Assembly: GCA_004431415.1 (NCBI GenBank)
Contig: QPMI01000185.1
Span: 53,646 to 117,645 of the forward strand
Direction: 5' to 3'
DNA: 64,000 nucleotides
Origin: Cyanophora paradoxa CCMP329
Lineage: Eukaryota > Plantae > Glaucophyta
Each line of letters opens with the position of its first letter. Position 1 is the first letter of the stretch. Position numbers and translations under genes: made by a program. Below are positions 11,349 to 27,453 of this stretch, in pieces. The notes beneath the pieces were generated by a model, which saw nothing but the letters and a program-made list of their open reading frames with translations, ran no database searches and was not told the origin of the DNA.

Positions 11349-13841
11349 ATGGCACACACTTCTAGAGGGGGCTCGGCCACGCGGCTAGCGATCTGCGCTG
11401 CCGTGCTGTATGCGCTCCTACCGCTCTCCTTGGGGGGCACTACGGGTGCGCCTGTGCTCCGGTCATGCTTGCCGCATCTCACTCTGCATGCTTCGCAGGA
11501 CTCGGAATCACCGAGCCTGTGGCCGCGGACTACACGCGAGGGAGGCCGCTGGACATAAAGATCAGCGTCGACGTCCGGTTGCTTGTGGATCTGGAGCTGT
11601 TCCGGTGCGGGGCGCTGCCCGGCCGGCCGCCCCCGGCCCCGGGCCGCGCCAGCCTCCTGACGCGCAACGCAGCGTCAAGGAGGACGGGAGCGAGGTCTAC
11701 GTGGTCCTGGAGCCTCCTCTGCCGCAGCAGAGAGGCGTGGGCCCCGGCGTGGCCACCATCCAGTGGCTCATCCCCGCCACCTTCGGTGCGTCACGCCGGC
11801 GCGCGCCGGCGCCTTCCGGACCGCGGCGGCGCCGACGGGGGAGCGCAGAGCCCGGGTCGTACTACGTGCGGGCCCGCATCGCCGGCGACACGGTGAACAA
11901 CTACCGGGTGCGCTTCTCATGGCCCCCGTGATGGGAACTTTCCTTGGGGAAGTCGCTGAGCCGCCTGCCCCTTGCCCCCGCCCGCGCAGAGCGCAACGTT
12001 CCAAGTCATCATCCCCACGATCACTGTACCCCTGCCGCCCTCCGCAGGCGGCGCCAGCGTCCTGTACACCGGCACCGGTACCCCCCGCCCCTCCCGCGCG
12101 CCACCCTGTACCCCACGCGACGCTCCCCGGCAGCGTACCTGGTACCCTACAGCGTCAAGGGCGACCTGTCGCAGGGCATCTTCGTGGACGCGTGCCCGGA
12201 GGGCACGACCTCCGCGAGCGCGTCGTGCCCGTACCCCGTCTGGTCTGGCGGCGTACCCGGGAACAACGTGCGCGGTTGCCTTCCACTATGTTGTACCCGG
12301 GGACGCGCTCGGCCTCACCTTGCGCTGTCCAGGCCTTCTCGTGGCTCGTGCCCAAGGCGATGGCTTCCCCCGGGGGGGCGAAGTACGTCCTGCGCTTAGT
12401 CTCGTCCATCGACCCGGCGGCCGTCGCCTTCTCCCCCGCCTTCACCGTGGCCGTCGGGAGCGTGGAGGCGTCACTCTCTGATTCCAAGGGCGGCGCGGTG
12501 GCCACCCTCCGGGCCCTGGGGGGGTACTCCGTCTCCTGGACGTGCACGAGCGCGTACAACACGCGCGTCACGTACTCGTTCGGCTCCACGACGTGCGTCC
12601 CCGTACCCCCAAGCACCCCGGATCGAATCTAACGTGCAAGGCGCGCAGGGGTACAATCAGGGAGGAGGGCGGGCAGTCCGGGAGCGCGGCCTTCGTCGTC
12701 CCGTTTGCGGCGCAGGGCGTACCCTCCTTCGTCGTGCGGGTCGCCGCGTACCAGCCTTCGCAGCCCGACGCCCCCGCATTCACCGCCCAGCTCCAGTACG
12801 CCGTCCAGGGTACGCGAACGCGTATATCCCCGCCCCCTTCGGACTCGAGCTGAAAATAGATCCATCGCAGCGGCCCGGGTGGAGTGGACGTCGCCCGCGT
12901 CAGGCGCGGCGCTCGCGGTCGGGGAGCGGCGGGAGCTCGCCTGGTCTTCCACGGCCGACGTACCCCGCTGGGACATCGTCCTCCGCTCCGCGGACGGGAC
13001 CTCCTTCATGCCCGTCGCCTCCGGGGTACCGGGCCCATCCTTTTCCTGGCTCCTCCCCGCCTCCGTACCCATCATCGCCTCCGCGACCCTTTCAAGTGCT
13101 TGCTCGCCCTGTACTCCCTTCTTTCTCTCTTGCCTTTGCTAATCTAGCCATTCCCCGGCAGTCCGCGGGACGGACACGGAGCATATGGCGGTCTCGGCGA
13201 CGCTGGCGGTCTCGACGGTCCCCGGCGGCGGCGGCGGCGTGAACATGCTCGCTATCATCGTCGGCTGCTCCGTAGGCGGCTTCGTCCTCCTCTGCCTCGT
13301 CGTCGTGCTTGTGCTCTGGTGGATCGCGCGAACGTTCGTCGACGACGGGGACGAGGACGAGGAGGCGGCGGCGCCCGGGAACGCCCCGGAGTACAAGCAC
13401 GCCGGCTCGCGCCTGGCCGCCTGGTTCACCATCGGGCGCGGCTCCAAGACGAACAAGTCGCTGCAGGGCCTCGGCCGCTCCCTCCGCAGGTTCGGCTTCG
13501 GCGGCAAGTCCGGCAAGGCGCCGCGCGCCTCCAAGACCGCCAAGGTCGTCCCCGGGGGCGAGGCGGGCGCGGCCGGGCCAGCGCGCAAGGCGGAAGACGA
13601 CGGGGAGGGCATCGGGGGCAAGAGCGTGCGCTTCGGGGCCCGCGGGGGCCCGCAGGCGCCTGCGCCTGCTGTGCCGACTACGCCGGCTGCGCTGCCGTCG
13701 CTCATGCAGCCGATGGCGGCGCACCCGACGGTCGTCATGCCGGCCTTCTCCACAGCGATCTCGATCCCGGCGCCGGCCGTCCGCCCCGACTCCACAGCCG
13801 ATGCCCTTAAGCTCCTCCCCGTATCGAACTCCATGGGCTAG
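11349..13841 (+). CDS. Signal-peptide type I membrane protein with a beta-rich ectodomain (multi-exon)
   Basis: Signal-like MAHTSRGGSATRLAICAAVLYALLPLSLGG, beta-rich exons, TM segment MLAIIVGCSVGGFVLLCLVVVLVLWWIA, cytoplasmic tail to the stop at 13841. Confidence 0.65.
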
Positions 13842-13938
13842 CTATCATGATCATGCAATCTATCTTTAGCTCGCGTTCTTATATATCTTTATGTATATTT
13901 CAAGCAGAACTTTCTTTAACAGGATGGGAGAGCCGACG

Positions 13939-16900
13939 CTAGTCGTTGTAGCGGGCGGCGAGGGTGCGCAGCGCGGCCGCCTCGGCCTGGCCCAGGCGCA
14001 GGGCGGGGTCGGGCGTGCCGTACCCCCCCGCGGCGGGGAGGGAGAGAGCCGAGACGAGGCGGGAGACGAGGGGTACGGCCGTCGAGCCCTGCAGGGCCTC
14101 CAGGGCCTCGGGCGTGGCGAGGGTGCGGAGCAGGGCGGAGGCGAAGGCCGGCGAGTAGGGCGCCTCGACGAGGGATAGGAGGCGGGAGAGGAAGTAGCGG
14201 AGGAGGGAGCGGTCGAGGCGGGCGGCGGCCGCGCGCCGCTCGAGCCACGCGAGGACCGGGAGCGCGTGGCCCCGGCACAGCAGCAGTAGGACCGCGTCCA
14301 GCAGCTGCCGCTTCGTCCGCACCTCCATCATCGCGTCGGATTCTGCGTACCCGGGCGTGTCGGGGGGGGGAGGAAGAGCGAGGCGGGGGCGGGGGGGCGG
14401 GGGGGGGGGGGGGGGGGGCGCACCGGCTTCGCCGAAATCGAAGGCGGCGGCGGGGGCCGAGGCGGCGGCGGCGCCCCCGCGGTCCTCCAGGGGGGCGGAA
14501 AGGAGGTCGAGTACCCTGCCGACCGTGAGGAGAGAGAAAAGGGGTACGGGTGAAGTCGGAGGGGGGTACCGCGGGCGGAGGAGCGGGTGGCGGTCGGCGA
14601 TCGCGCCAAGGAGGAAGGCGAAGGTGGGGGTAGCCTGCGCGCTCGAGGCCGAGGCGGTGTACCCCGGGTCGCCCAGGGTCGGCTGCAGCCAGGCGCAGAC
14701 GGCCCATCCCACGACGGGCCGCTCGCAGAGTCCCGCAAGCGCGTCGGCGCTCCCCTGCGGAGAGCCTCGTCGGAACGGCCCCCTCTCGCCAGGAGCGGGG
14801 GTACGTCAATAGAAAGAAGGCCGCACGGGCACGGTGAGGAGGGCGTAGGGCCCGCGGGCGCAGATGGCCTGCGCCTCGCGGAGGGCGGCGGCGGCCTCGG
14901 CGCGGTCGCCGGGGTCCTCGGATCCGGAGGCGGGCCCCTCGGGGGCGGGGCCCTCCCACGTCCTCGTGTCCCGCGCGCACGCCGCGTGCGCCAATAACTC
15001 CAAAGCCTTTTCCCTATGCGCCTCGGACATCTGCGGAAGCGTCGGTCGGTTTGGATCTTTCGCACGACGGGACGGGAGGGGCGCACGGGGCGGGTCGAGG
15101 CGAAGAGGTCGGCCGTGAGGAGGCCCACGACCTCGGGGTCCCTGAGGAGCTGCACGGGCGGCGGGGCGCGCCCCGGGGTACAGTAGAGCGCGTGCAGCTT
15201 GAGCACGTCTCCGGGGGTCGTCCTTCCCGAAGCCAGCATGGAGGCCACGGCCGAGGCGGCCTCTGCGTGGGAGGGGCGCTGCGGCGCCCACGCCGGCGCC
15301 GCGCAGAGGCGCACGGTCCGCAGCCGCTCGCGGGCGGCGCTGCCGCCGCGGACGGCCGCCTCCTCGGCGGCCCTCGCCTCCAGCTCCTGGGCGACCCGGC
15401 GCAGGCGGTCCCCGCCCGGGAGGGCCGCCAGCCGCTGGAGGAGCGCCTGCGAGAGGGCGTACCCCGCCTCCGAGTGGCAGCAGAGGCGCCCGAGCTCCGC
15501 GAGGTGCGCGGGGTACGCGGTTCCGTCGGGGGGCAGGTCCCACAGGACCGCCAGGCCCCGCTTGAGCGCCCCGTTGAAGATGCTGAAGAAGGCGGCCGCC
15601 GTGGCGACCGACGCGATCGCCTCTTCCCCCCCCCGCGCCCCGGCCCCGCCGGCCCCGCCGCCCCGGTCGCCCTGGCGCGCAGGTCGCCCATCGTGCCGCC
15701 CCGCCCCGCCCTCGCCTCCTCCTCTGCTGCTGCTGCCGCTGCCGGCCTGCTCCGAGATCTTGCGGATGCAGAAGGCGAGCATGAGGCAGCTCCGGTTGGG
15801 AGGGTCGTCCGCCAGCCTGCGGCGCATCACGAGTCAGCGCCGTCCGCTTAGGAAGGGGAAGGAGCGGGAGGGGGGTACGCGGTACGCACTTGTAGAGGAG
15901 GCTACGCCACTCGGGGTACTCGAGAAGCTGCGGGCGGGGTGCGGGGAAGGGGTAAGAGAAGCTCTCCTGGCTGGGTGCGAGTGCAGGAAAGAAGGAATGA
16001 AGGGAATCAAGAGGCGTGCCTCGAAGAGCCACGTGGGCGCCGCGGCTCCCTCCGTGAAGAGCGTGTCGACCCGCTTCGGATCGAACCGCTCCGTCGCCAG
16101 CCGCTCCAGGAGGGACACGATAAGGGCGTCCCCGGGGGCCCGCCCCTCCCCGCCCAGCCCGGGGGCCGAGCCGCCCTCCGCCTCGGCCTTCGAGATCCAC
16201 GAGGACACGAGGTTGCACATAGACGCCAGGCCTGCCGGGCGCGGTGCGTCAGAAGTCGGAAGAGATTCGCTGCACCCTCCGCCCAGCCCGCCCGCACCGG
16301 TGTAGGAGCCGGAGAGGTTCCGCACGACGTCGTTGGGGTTGCCCCCCGCCTTGACGAAGTCCCGCACGCTGGCGAGCACGTTAGGCTCCATGATCGAGTC
16401 CTGCGCCGCGAGCCGCCTCGACGCCTCCTCGCCCCGCCGCCGCTGCGCCGCCGCCTCGTCCTCCTCCTCCCCCTCCCCCGCCGCCGGCGACCCCGCCGGG
16501 CCCTCCGGCGACCGCTCGGGCGACCGCTGCGGCGAGCGGCGCTCTTCCGCTGCCTCGCCGCCCTCCTCGGGCTGCTGCGGGATGGGCACCACCCGCCCGC
16601 TCTCCTCGTACACCTCGTACTCGTCGGACCCGCCGCGGGCGCCCTCACCGCCCTCCTCGGCCCCCGCCGGCGTGGAGCCGGAGGCGGAGCCGTACGAGTC
16701 GAACTGGAAGGAGGAGAAGGCGGGCGGGAGAGGCGCCTCCTCGTCGTCGTCCGGGGCCGCGTGGCCGTACGCGGCGCTGTAGACGTGCGCCGGGGGCGCC
16801 GCGTGCTCCTCGTCGCTGTCCCAGCCGCTCCCGGCCGCCCGCTTCGGGCCCTCCTCGTCACTGTCCCACCCCGACGATTGCTGCGCCCCGCAGAGATCAA

Positions 16901-17292
16901 ATGGGGCGCCCCGCAGCGCCCGCCGGCCGCTCGGCGCTCCCCAGAACGCACCGGCTCAGACGACGACAGCGCAGGCCCGCGGCCCGCGGGCTCCGCGTCG
17001 GGAAGGCCCTCGCCGTAGTCGTCGTACTCTTGCGGCCTGCGAGCGCAGCCACGTGAGGCCGGGCGATGAGAGCGACGCGGCCGGTAGCGGGGCCCACCGC
17101 GGCATGAAGGCTCGCATCGGCTCGGGTTCCTGGGCGTGCTGTCAGTTTGGGGAGCGCTCCGCAGCTAACGCCGACGCGGCGCACCTCGTCATCGTCGCCC
17201 TGCGCCTGCTCGTCTCGCGCGCGCTTCGCGGGCTCTTCCGGCGCCTCGCCCTCCTCTGGGCTGTCGACAATCCGCGTGCGCTTCCTCGCCAT
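13939..17292 (-). CDS. NELFCD: Negative elongation factor C/D (TH1-like), multi-exon
   Basis: DSIMEPNVLASVRDFVKAGGNPNDVVRNLSGSY, FDPKRVDTLFTEGAAAPTWL, WRSLLY, CLMLAFCIRKISE, TTPGDVLKLHALY, PPVQLLRDP and DRSLLRYFLSRLLSLVEAPYSPAF all match TH1/NELF-C/D motifs. Confidence 0.88.
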
Positions 17293-17581
17293 CGTCACGA
17301 GCTCGCCTTCGCGGGGCGATCCAGCGCTCGATGTTCGAACGCCAGCGGGTCGCCCGCGGCCGAAGAAGCCTGCCGGCTACACGGCAGCCTGCTGCGCTCG
17401 TTGCAGCTCGATTACAGGCTCGCGCTCGATGACTGACAGGACATCGGTTTCGCTCTATACCCCTCTCGACCACCTACCCCCCCTCGACCGGCTTTAAGGC
17501 GGCTTACTGGGCTTAGTGAGCTAAAACACATCTTTCAGCCTCGCCTGGCCTCCCTCAGCGCTTGAGAATACATCAAGAGGT

Positions 17582-17869
17582 ATGAGGCCGCCACCGCGGC
17601 CGAGCTTCCGGGCGGTGTACGCCCGCGAGCTCGGACAGCGCCTCACTTCGCAACCGCGGGCCGAGGCCCTGCAGATGCTGCGGTTCCTACAGATGCGCGA
17701 GCTCGTTGGTCCTTCTTGCATGAAACTGGAGCCGCGCGGCGACCAGCAGAGCCGCGGCTGCGGCGTACGCATGCGCATCGAGCATCCGGCGCGGCAGCCG
17801 TCGCCGGCTGGCGCCGTTGCAGCGGAGAGTCCCTCTAGTTTTTTTCGAGTAGATCACGATCGTTTTTGA
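17582..17869 (+). CDS. Possible small single-exon protein (95 aa)
   Basis: ATG-initiated ORF divergent from NELFCD, in the slot where the neighbouring pattern predicts a partner gene. No family recognised. Confidence 0.25.
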   Translation: MRPPPRPSFRAVYARELGQRLTSQPRAEALQMLRFLQMRELVGPSCMKLEPRGDQQSRGCGVRMRIEHPARQPSPAGAVAAESPSSFFRVDHDRF

Positions 17870-18068
17870 GGCCCGCAAGCAAGCGCGGCCCCGGCACCAG
17901 CTCCGATCCCAGCATCAGAAAGGCCACGGCCAAGCCAACACGCTGCAGGATATAGATGAGCGTACTAGTAGTTAGCATTGACAAGATAGCAAGCAGATGG
18001 AAGCGTTACAGTGGTGTATAATACAGGAAAAAGAGAGTTGCCCGAGCGAGCGTCCTAGGGGCCTACGG

Positions 18069-20644
18069 TTACGGATCCGGATCCGGATACCCGGCGAGGG
18101 CGTCGGGCCCGCGGACGTGGCCAGCCTCGGCGTCGCGCTCGAGCGGCCTCCTGCCGCCCCCGCCGACGGGCTCCGCGGAGAGGGTGAAGGGCTTGATGGG
18201 CGGGAGCTCCCCGGCGATGGGCAAGAGGGGCGGCGAGCGCGAGTGGAAGGCGTTGGGCGCGTCCTCCGCGACGGCCGGCGGGTACGCGTGCATCGCCCAC
18301 GTCTCCAGCGCGTACCTGCGGCCGGAGCGTCAGGCGGAGGGGTAGAGGAATACAACAGAGAAAGAAGGCGCACGCGACAAGGGCGAAGAGGGCGGCGAGC
18401 CAATAGGGGAGACCCTCGGCGAATAAAAGGGCCCCGGAGGGGACGGAGGCGGCGACGCCCTCGCGCGTGACCAGCCCGAAGGACTGCGTCGCAATCAGGG
18501 GGCCCACCACGCGCGTCAGCGTCGACACGCCGCCCATCGCCCCCTGCAGCGCCCCCTACCCCCCAGGATCAGATGATTCTGGGAATGGTAGAGGGGGGGA
18601 AGGGTAAGGGGGGTACCTGCTCGTGCTCGTCGACCATTTTGGCCATGAGGGAGCGAACGAGGGGCCCGATGAGGAAGCCTGCGGGGCGCGCGCGCGGGCG
18701 TCGGGGGGCGAGCCGTGGTCCGGATGGGAAGCGCGCGGGGGGCAGGGGATGATGGAAGATTATTTAAGCAGGCGTTCGCTTGAGCAAGCCTCCAAGTTGA
18801 GGTTGCTCTTAAAGTTGTAGATGCATAGCTCTTAAAGTTATCAGGTAAAGCTCTTATGTAAGAGAGCGCACCGACGGCGGAGAAGGCGAGGGCGGAGTAG
18901 GCGATGGCCCAGTGGACCGCCATCGCGAAGACGATGAACTGCAGGCGGGCTGTTAGAAGGGGGAATGAGGGGCGGGGGGGTACGGGCGGGCGCGCCTGGA
19001 GGATGTTTCCGATGAGGCCGTAGGTGAGGAGGCGGCGGTCGCCCAGCCGCGGGAGCAGCTTCGGCATCGCCAGGCCCTGAATGAATCGAATAAATTTGGG
19101 GAGGGGAATCGCCGGGCGCGAAGAGATGGGGGGGGGGGCCGCGGCTCACCTGAGATATGCAGGAGAGAATCCCAACGAGGCCTGCCGGGGGCGAGGGCCG
19201 TCACGAGGGGGGCGTGGGTGGGGGAGGGGGGGGCGGGGGGGGGGGAAGGGGCGTCTTCGTTCGTTTCGTTCGCACTCACCGAGGAAGGCGCCGACCTCCT
19301 TCATGCCCCAGCCCATGCGGTGCTCGGAGTAGAGCACGAAGACGTTGTAGGAGCCGGCGGCGACTCCCGAGAGGAAAATGACCGCCGTGCCCACCCTGAA
19401 ACGAGACGAGCCAATCAGACACCGTGGGATCAAATGTGGACAGGAGCGGGTCACCTGAGCATCGGGGTGCGGTTGAGGATGCCGAGGGCGTGGAACGGGC
19501 TGGCGGCTCGCCAGTTGAAGGGCTTGCCCTTCATGTCGCACCTTCGTCGCCGTCAGTACTGCTATAAATAGAACGCCCTACGTGCGCACTCGGGGTTCGT
19601 CTCGCGAATGAAGAGAGCCGTCCAGAGGACGTCCAGCGCTAGGAAGGCGGCGGCGAGGAAGAAGGGGTACCGCGGGCTGACGGAGCCCAGGAGGCCCCCT
19701 ACCCCCGGCCCCACCACGAAGCCGACGCCGAAGGCGACCCCGATCAGGCCGAAGTGCTGGGGTACAGATCAGGCGGGGCGCCCCGGGGAGGGGGTACAGC
19801 TTTCGGTACCTTGCTGACGTCCTCCTTCTCGGAGACCTGCGGAGGGGGAGGGGGGGGCACGTTAGCTAGGGGGCGAGGCCGGCGGCGGGGCGCGGGGGCG
19901 CGAGCGCACGTCGGTGATGTATGCGTAGCTCATGCCGAAGGTGATGCCAACGGCGCCCGTGACGGTGTGGCCGATGGCGAGTATGATGAAGGTCGGGGAG
20001 AAGGCGAGGAAGAGAGCTGACACGAAGCTCCCGCCGACCGCCATCACAAGGATCCACTTCCGCTGCGGAAAAGGCATGAGGGCGGGCGGGCGTGCGGGTC
20101 CGGTCTGTCTGCGCGGGGCGGGGGCGGCGGGGCGCCGCGGCGGTCCGCACCCCGTAGTGGTCGGAGAGCTCGCCCAGGATCGGGTTGAAGAGGAACTCCA
20201 TCAGCGCGTGCGTGGCGGTCACGACGCCGAGGTAGACGGACGCCGTCGACGTGTCGTCGCCCGCGAAGCCTTTGATGACCTTCGGCACTGCGCGGGGCGC
20301 CGCGTTAGCTCGACTCGAAGCGCAGGCCGGAAAGCGCTCCGACGTATGCTAGGCGCGATTCGAATCCATAGCTCACCATTCGGAAGCATGGCTCCTGCGG
20401 TACGGCGCGCGGCGGTCAGCGCGCGCTCCAGCTGTGCACGTTTCAAGTAATGCTGACCGAGGGAGAAGGTGTAGAGGACGAGGGTCACGAAGAGCTTGGT
20501 CAGGTCCTTCTTCACGCCTGGATCCAGCGGCTTGCTGCCCGGCGGGCCGGCCGGCGCCGACAGGACCGGATTCGATGCGGCTACCTTGCCGGCCGGGATC
20601 CCGCCGCCGCCTGGCGGCACGGAGTCCGGATCCCCACGCATCAT
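18069..20644 (-). CDS. MFS transporter, DHA1/TetA-like (HIAT1/MFSD14-like), multi-exon
   Basis: LMEFLFNPILGELSDHYG|RKWILV (MFS motif A), AYITDV, HFGLIGVAFGVGFVVGPGVGG (antiporter motif C), QGAMGGVSTLTRVVGPLI. Confidence 0.88.
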
Positions 20645-20763
20645 CTCGGGCGACGCGCTCTAGGCGCGCGGCTCCTGAAACGCTCTCTCTGGGGCCCCGG
20701 CGCCGGCTGCTCTTTGTTTGGGGGGATCAGATGCCGGACGGCTACAGTTCGCTTCGTGCGCAA

Positions 20764-22797
20764 ATGGCGTTTGCGACGGGCGCGTATGCGCGTCTCCCGG
20801 CCGCGGGGCAGGCGATACTGCCGCAAGCGGCGTGTACTTCCAGCCGCGACGGCAGGCCGGAGTGCTCCCAGTGGAGTTCGCGGTCCGGCCCGGCAGCGGC
20901 CCAGCAGCCCCTGCCGGACCGGAGGGTTTCGTTCCGTTTGGCGAGCGAGTGGATTGGTGATCGAGGCGGGCTCCGCGTGGCCCCGGTGCTGGAGCCAGAG
21001 TCGCTAGGCCCGCCCCCGATTTCCATGATCCGCAAAGCGCGGGCCGGCCGGCGAATGCGGCTGTTCCGCGAGAAGATACATCTCCGAAAGATCGACACGT
21101 ACCGCACTCCCTCGCCATGCGAGACAAGTGACGAGCGCCTCGCTCTGCTGCAAGAGAAGATGGTCAAGCTCCAGCGCATCTGTGCGTGGCGCTGAGATCC
21201 GAGGCTCGCTCTCGGATTCGCGTAGCTAACTTGAGGCGCCTCTCGCGCTGCAGATCGCCGCACGGGGACCCGCGGGATTCTCGTCTTCGAGGTAATCGCG
21301 ACCGCGGCCGCCGCCCGCGGCTCCCCGCGTTAGCTAACGCGTGCGGGGCGCAGGGATTGCACGGCGTGGGCATCGGAGACGCCATCCGGACGATCGTCGA
21401 GCCGCTCGACCCGCGCTTCTACAAAGTGCACAAGTACGACCCGCTCCTCGAGGTGGGCCGCCCCCTCCCGCGCCCCCGGGCTCCGCCGCGGCCGATGAGG
21501 GCGCAGGGGATGCCCTCTCTGGAGCGGTCGATGTCGAAGCAGGCGCCTCCGGGGAGCGGGGGCGCCCCCGGGGAGCTCTTCATGCGCCGCTTCTGGGACG
21601 CGCTGCCGGGCCCCGGCCAGATCGCCATCTTCGACGGCTCCTGGTACTCCCGCGTCCTCGAGGGCCGCGCCTACGGCCTCGTCTCCAAGAGTGCGCCCCG
21701 CCCCGCCCCGCCCCGCGCCGCCCCGCTTCGGCCGCGCCGACGCGCGAGGGCCCCGCGCAGAGGAGTGGACGCGTGCCTACCACGAGATCAATTCCTTCGA
21801 GCGCATGCTGTACGATGAGGGGTACCGCGTTGGCAAGGTGCGCGGCCGCGCCCGCCGCGCCCGCCTTTCGCCCCGCCGTGGCCGAAGCCGACGCCGGCGC
21901 CGGGGCAGGTCTTCCTGCACATGCACTTCGAGGAGGCGTCGCGGCGGCTGCGGGCGCAGCTGATGGACCCGCGGCGCTCGGCCGAGGTCTCCGAGCGGCA
22001 TATCACCGCCCTCGGCAAGTACTCCAGGTCCGCCAAGCCGAGCGAAACGCATCTGAGCTCGGCGTGAGCTCAGCCGCGCGGGCGGCAGGTACGCGCGGTC
22101 GGCGCAGGACTGCATCGAGGCCACGAACACGACCGTCGGCCGCTGGAACGTCCTCCCCGCCCACGACCACCGGTGCGCCCCGGGCTAGCTAGCTTGCTTG
22201 CTCGCTGTGGTACCCGTACCCTCCCCTCTCGCCTACCCCCCTTCCCCCCCCCCCCGGCAGGTACGCGCGGATAAGGAGCCTGTACGTCTGTTCGCGGGTG
22301 CTCCAGCGGCAGCTCGAGCTGTGCGCCGCCCCCGCAGAAACAAACTTCCCGTCTCGTCGTCTCTATCTCTCTCGCGCCGCCCCTGCAGAAGCTTCCCGTC
22401 TAGTCGTCATTATTGTCTCTCTCGCGCCTCACGTCGGCGCGGCAGGGACGAGTCCGAGTTGGAGCTCGACGCGGACAAGCTCGCCCTCTACTCCGAAGTC
22501 GTTTCGAAGGCGCTCCCCGAACAAGCGGCCCTTTCCTTTCCAAGGGGCCGGGCTGAGCCCGGCCCGGGGGCTCAGGTGAACCGGGAGACCGCCGGCAAGT
22601 TCGAAATCCTGGCGCCCGAGCTGCGGAACAAGCCCCGCCGGGGGCGCCGCGGCGGCATCATCGAGGCCTTCCCCGGCCACGACGATGAAGACGAGGACGA
22701 GGAGGACGACGAGGACGAGGGCGAGGAGGATGGGGAGTACGGCTCCGACGGGAGCGACGAGGGGCGGGCGCCGGCGGCGGCGGCAGCGGCGGCGGCG

Positions 22798-22829
<32 letters not shown>

Positions 22830-22899
22830 GGCTGAGGAGGCGGAGGCGGAGGTGACGATTGATTTCTCGGCCCTGCCCGAGATCCTCCGCCCCGAATAG
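20764..22899 (+). CDS. ppk2: Polyphosphate kinase 2 (PPK2)-family protein with an MAF transit-peptide-like N-terminus and a degenerate Walker A
   Basis: Spliced ILVFE|GLHGVGIGDAIRTIVEPLDPR, FMRRFWDALPGPGQIAIFDGSWYSRVLEGR, AYHEINSFERMLYDEG, VFLH, WNVLPAHDHRYARI; acidic and poly-Ala tail. Confidence 0.85.
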
Positions 22900-23127
22900 C
22901 AAGGGGGGCGAGACCGCTCAAGCTCCCCCTTTCCTACCTCCTCCAGATATTTCGAACCTTTTGCTTCCGAGTGCCTACTCCTGCTTTTCGCTTCATTGTC
23001 TTCTAATTCGATTGCATATTTTGCGGTTTCAGAAGCGGCGAGCCTACGAGGCTAGACCTAGGCCTAGCCTGAAGCCAGCTAGCCAGAGCCGGCGGGGCCG
23101 CGGGCGCGGGCGCAGGGCGCCGCTCGC

Positions 23128-27405
<4,278 letters not shown>

Positions 27406-27453
27406 TTCTGCTCTGTACCCGGCCTGCGCTCGTACCCCGCCAACAAAACCCGA

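Noticed and set aside
17582-17869. Faint RelE/Gp49 toxin resemblance of the 95-aa ORF
   Set aside because: Only an impression of pattern, with no antitoxin partner. Needs a profile search.
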